A DNA stretch of 64,000 nucleotides. It comes from Gammaproteobacteria bacterium. GTDB lineage: Bacteria; Pseudomonadota; Gammaproteobacteria; CBDBNL01; JAAOII01. Positions within the stretch are counted from its first letter, which is position 1. Every line of letters starts with the position of its first letter. The notes beneath the pieces were generated by a model. The model was not told the origin of the DNA. It made no database searches and saw only the letters and a program-made list of their open reading frames with translations. Positions 60,616 through 64,000 of this stretch are shown here, piece after piece. The stretch spans positions 384,001 to 448,000 of the forward strand of contig OZ242372.1 in assembly GCA_965209035.1 (NCBI GenBank). The letters are read 5' to 3'. The translations under genes and the position numbers were made by a program.

Positions 60616-62678
60616 GGCAGTTGCAACTCCGGGATCTCGCGAAAAAATTCAAGAGCCGCCGGATTGGCAAGAGCGGTGCGGTTGGTTACCTCCCGTCCGT
60701 GAATCATCTCGCGCACCGCCAGTTCGCAAAGTTTCCCGTTGAGGGTGCGCGGGACTTCCGGCACCGCAATGATTTTTGCCGGCACATGACGCGGTGAGGC
60801 ATTTTGGCGAATATGCATTCGGATTTTTTGGCAAAGAGTTGTGTCTAAAGAGCCTAAAAAGCCTGAAGAGCCTAATTTGCCCGGTGCGCCTAACGCGCCT
60901 GATGCATCTTTGCCGGACAAGACCACAAACAAAATAATCCGACTGTCCCCTTTCCACTCCTGTGCTACCGCCAGGCAATCGGCAATCTCCGCCATCTGTT
61001 CCAAGGGTCTGTAAATTTCCGCGCTGCCGATACGCACCCCGCCCGGATTTAAGGTCGCATCCGAACGGCCGTAAATAACAAACCCGCCGGTTTCTGTTTG
61101 CTCCGCATAGTCGCCGTGCGTCCAAATACCGGAGAAGCGTTCAAAGTAAGATTGTTTGTATTTTTCGTACTTGGGGTCTTCAAATCCGAGTGAAACAGGC
61201 ACGCTCGGGAATATCTTGCGACATACCAACTCGCCCTTATCGCCGATCACCTCTTTTCCGTTCCCGTCATAAATTGCCACATCCATCCCCAGAGCCGCCG
61301 CTTGTATCTCGCCGCGCCGCACCGGCAGAGTCGGAACACCAAGCACAAAGCAACCGAGAATATCCGTTCCCCCCGAGATAGAAGCCAAGTGCAGATCGCG
61401 CTTGAACGCGGTGTGAACATAATCAAACCCGACACCGCTCAGGGGTGAGCCGGTGGAACAGAGCATCCGCAAATCGGGTAGCCCTCCGTCACCTGCGACA
61501 ACACCCCTATTTTGCATCTGCTCCAAAAGTCCGGCACTTAAGCCGGCGACGGTTAACTTCTCTTGTCGCCAAAGGTTGAGCAGCCTGTCCGCACCGGGAT
61601 GAAAAGGATGTCCGTCATACAGAACAAGACGCGTCCCCAACAGAAGCCCGCTCGCCATCCAATTCCACATCATCCAACCGCAAGTCGTGAAATAAGAAAG
61701 ACTGTCCTTGGCATCCAGGTCCGTATGCAGCCCCAATTCGCAAAGATGCTTGAGCAGGACTCCGCCGTGGCTGTGAACGATGCATTTCGGCAAGCCGGTT
61801 GTACCGGAAGAAAACATCACAAACAAAGGATGATCAAACGGCAGATGTTCCGTCGGCGGCGGCGGCTGGGACGCGCCCGTTCGGATAAAATCCTCCCAAT
61901 CTTCTTCGGCAGCCGCGGGCTCGCCTCCGTCTCCGTCCCCCGCCTCCCCGACCCACAGGATCTTCGGGGGCTCGGGCAAGTGCGCGCCCAATTGTCTGAC
62001 TTTCTTGCCCATCCGGTGTTGTTTTCCTTTGTATGAGTAACTTTTGGTTACAAACAATAACTTGGGACGCGTTTGGCCGAGCCTGTCCGCCAAACCGCCG
62101 ACACCAAAATCCGGCGAACAAGAAGACCAAACCGCGCCAATTCTTGCCGTTGCCAGCATACAGATAATCGCCTCCGGACAATTCGTCAGAATACCGGCGA
62201 CCCGATCTCCCTTCCCGATTCCGTTTGCCCGCAAAGCGGCGGCACACGCCAACACAGAACGGTAAAGTGCGTCGCGCCCGATTTCTCGGCGATTTCCCGC
62301 CTCATCAACATTCACTATCGCAACCGACTTGTCCCGCCTTTGCAAAGCCATTTCCGAATAGTTAAGGCGCGCCTCGCCAAACCAGCGACCCCGATAAAAA
62401 GGGGCGCCCGGCTTCCAACTGAGCACATGTCCGCCCTTCTTGCCGGGGATCCGGTAAAAATCCCAGAGTTTGGACCAAAATTGTGCCGGTTCCCTGACAG
62501 TGTATGCGTGCAGGTCGCGATAGGAATGATCTTTCATGCCGACATATTCGGCAAAGCGTTGGATAGCGTATTGCCCCTTTTTGCCTGAAAGCGGCGGCCG
62601 GAAAAGGACCGAACTTGCCGACCGATTCATTTTATTTGCAAGCGGGGAAGTTTTGGAATTCGTCATTACACAGCACAC
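60612..62678 (-). CDS. Acetoacetate-CoA ligase
   Basis: WSSCSPDFG, FSSGTTGLPKCIVH, TTCGWMMWNW, SISGGTD and GRSDATLNPGGVRIG motifs. Start uncertain (62630-62678). Confidence 0.92.
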   Translation of the reverse strand: MCCVMTNSKTSPLANKMNRSASSVLFRPPLSGKKGQYAIQRFAEYVGMKDHSYRDLHAYTVREPAQFWSKLWDFYRIPGKKGGHVLSWKPGAPFYRGRWFGEARLNYSEMALQRRDKSVAIVNVDEAGNRREIGRDALYRSVLACAAALRANGIGKGDRVAGILTNCPEAIICMLATARIGAVWSSCSPDFGVGGLADRLGQTRPKLLFVTKSYSYKGKQHRMGKKVRQLGAHLPEPPKILWVGEAGDGDGGEPAAAEEDWEDFIRTGASQPPPPTEHLPFDHPLFVMFSSGTTGLPKCIVHSHGGVLLKHLCELGLHTDLDAKDSLSYFTTCGWMMWNWMASGLLLGTRLVLYDGHPFHPGADRLLNLWRQEKLTVAGLSAGLLEQMQNRGVVAGDGGLPDLRMLCSTGSPLSGVGFDYVHTAFKRDLHLASISGGTDILGCFVLGVPTLPVRRGEIQAAALGMDVAIYDGNGKEVIGDKGELVCRKIFPSVPVSLGFEDPKYEKYKQSYFERFSGIWTHGDYAEQTETGGFVIYGRSDATLNPGGVRIGSAEIYRPLEQMAEIADCLAVAQEWKGDSRIILFVVLSGKDASGALGAPGKLGSSGFLGSLDTTLCQKIRMHIRQNASPRHVPAKIIAVPEVPRTLNGKLCELAVREMIHGREVTNRTALANPAALEFFREIPELQLP

Positions 62679-62788
62679 CGTTGCGCCGTTGCATTGCCCC
62701 GGCGTTTTACCCTCTTTTGTTATGACTTGTTATGATTTGCGGACGGAAGGCACGGCCTTGTGAATCAAATGCGTGCGGCCGCGGTCGT

Positions 62789-64000
62789 TTATCCCGGATA
62801 ACTTCTCTTACGATGACCCGTGTAAACCTGTTGCGGTCTGCCAATCCGATAGGAATTACTGATCATCTCGTTCCAGTGGGCGATCCAGCCGACGGTGCGC
62901 CCCAATGCAAAGATGACCGTAAACATATTGACCGGAATCCCGAGCGCGCGCAAAATGATCCCCGAGTAAAAATCCACATTCGGGTAGAGTTTCCTTTCAA
63001 CAAAATATTCGTCTTCCAAGGCGATCTTTTCCAACTGCTGCGCCAGCTGCAGCGTTTTGTCATTTTCCACTCCTTTGGCGGCAAGAACATCCGCGCAGAT
63101 CTGCTTAAGAACCTTCGCTCTCGGATCATAATTCTTGTAAACCCTGTGACCGAATCCCATCAAACGAAAGGGATCATCCGGGTTCTTTGCTTTTTTTATA
63201 AAAGCGGGGATGTTTTTTGTCTCTCCTATTTCCGCCAGCATATTAAGAACCGCTTCGTTGGCGCCGCCGTGAGCGGGGCCCCAAAGGGCGGCAACGCCGG
63301 CGGCAATACAGGCAAACGGGTTGGCACCCGTGGAACCCGCCAAACGCACGGTGGAAGTGGAAGCATTCTGTTCGTGATCCGCATGCAAAATAAAGATGAC
63401 ATCCAACGCCTTCACAAAAATCGGATCCGCCGCGTAATCCTCGCAAGGATTTGCAAACATCATTCGCATGAAATTGGCGGTATAGGAAAGGTCGTTGCGC
63501 GGATAAATAATCGGTTCGCCGCGCAGGTACTTAAATGCCATCGCGGCAATTGTCGGCATCTTGGCAATCAGACGGTGGGCGCAGATCTCGCGATCGCGCG
63601 CATTTGTGATATCCAACGCATCGTGATAAAAAGCCGAAAGTGCGCCGATGATCCCGCAAACCACCGCCATAGGATGAGCATCCACACGAAAGCCGCTCAC
63701 AAATTCTTGCATTTTTTCGTGAACCATCGTGTGATAGGTAATGCTGTGCGTAAAAGATTTTAATGCGCTCGGGCTTGGCAGCTCGCCGTGCAGCAGCAAA
63801 TAGCAGGTTTCCAAATAAGAAGACTTCTCGCTGAGCTCCTCAATCGGATAACCGCGATAAAGAAGAACTCCCTTTTCGCCGTCTATGAAAGTAATTGCCG
63901 ATTCCGTGGAAGCTGTCACCGCATAACCGGGATCATATGTGAAATATCCCGCCGGTCCAAGATTGCCGATATCCAAAACCGGCTTGCCGTAGGTCCCCTG
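62789..64000 (-). CDS. gltA: Type II citrate synthase (5' end beyond the window)
   Basis: [37 protein letters not shown] and YPNVDFYSG motifs; frame stays open to the window edge. Confidence 0.97.
   Translation of the reverse strand, partial: QGTYGKPVLDIGNLGPAGYFTYDPGYAVTASTESAITFIDGEKGVLLYRGYPIEELSEKSSYLETCYLLLHGELPSPSALKSFTHSITYHTMVHEKMQEFVSGFRVDAHPMAVVCGIIGALSAFYHDALDITNARDREICAHRLIAKMPTIAAMAFKYLRGEPIIYPRNDLSYTANFMRMMFANPCEDYAADPIFVKALDVIFILHADHEQNASTSTVRLAGSTGANPFACIAAGVAALWGPAHGGANEAVLNMLAEIGETKNIPAFIKKAKNPDDPFRLMGFGHRVYKNYDPRAKVLKQICADVLAAKGVENDKTLQLAQQLEKIALEDEYFVERKLYPNVDFYSGIILRALGIPVNMFTVIFALGRTVGWIAHWNEMISNSYRIGRPQQVYTGHRKRSYPG

Overview
A 64-kb chromosomal segment of a gammaproteobacterium, probably host-associated (inference from gene content). 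The housekeeping backbone comprises gdhB, ligA-zipA, pth-rplY-prs, an Fe(III) ABC transporter, dksA-serS, a ubiF-like gene, icd, 5 tRNAs, prpE, rluB-scpB-scpA, dsbD, mfd, acetoacetate-CoA ligase and gltA. Accessory blocks interrupt it: (i) three tandem mosaic FN3/TSP3/GLUG surface lipoproteins next to a GT10 alpha-1,3-fucosyltransferase; (ii) an Hpy99I-like R-M cassette between 26-bp inverted repeats, with the MTase split by an IS481 (5-bp TSD) and the nuclease carrying a nonsense codon; (iii) two divergent GmrSD (DUF262-DUF1524) genes plus an unknown nuclease-like gene, inserted in a split Liv-type ABC transporter with a perfect 96-bp promoter duplication; (iv) a Tm-1-like/cupin/TIM-barrel cluster of unknown function; (v) ORFans bracketed by IS-derived MITEs; (vi) a PvuII-like R-M system with a partial tandem duplication. 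One intact IS481 and at least 7 derivatives or ends are present. The IS has a conserved, structured ~270-nt leader containing coupled small ORFs, and its transposase has no stop codon inside the element. Degenerate 7-15-nt tandem repeats recur at gene ends and inside genes, and 4 of 5 tRNAs lack an encoded CCA. All family calls come from motif recognition by eye; no database search was run.
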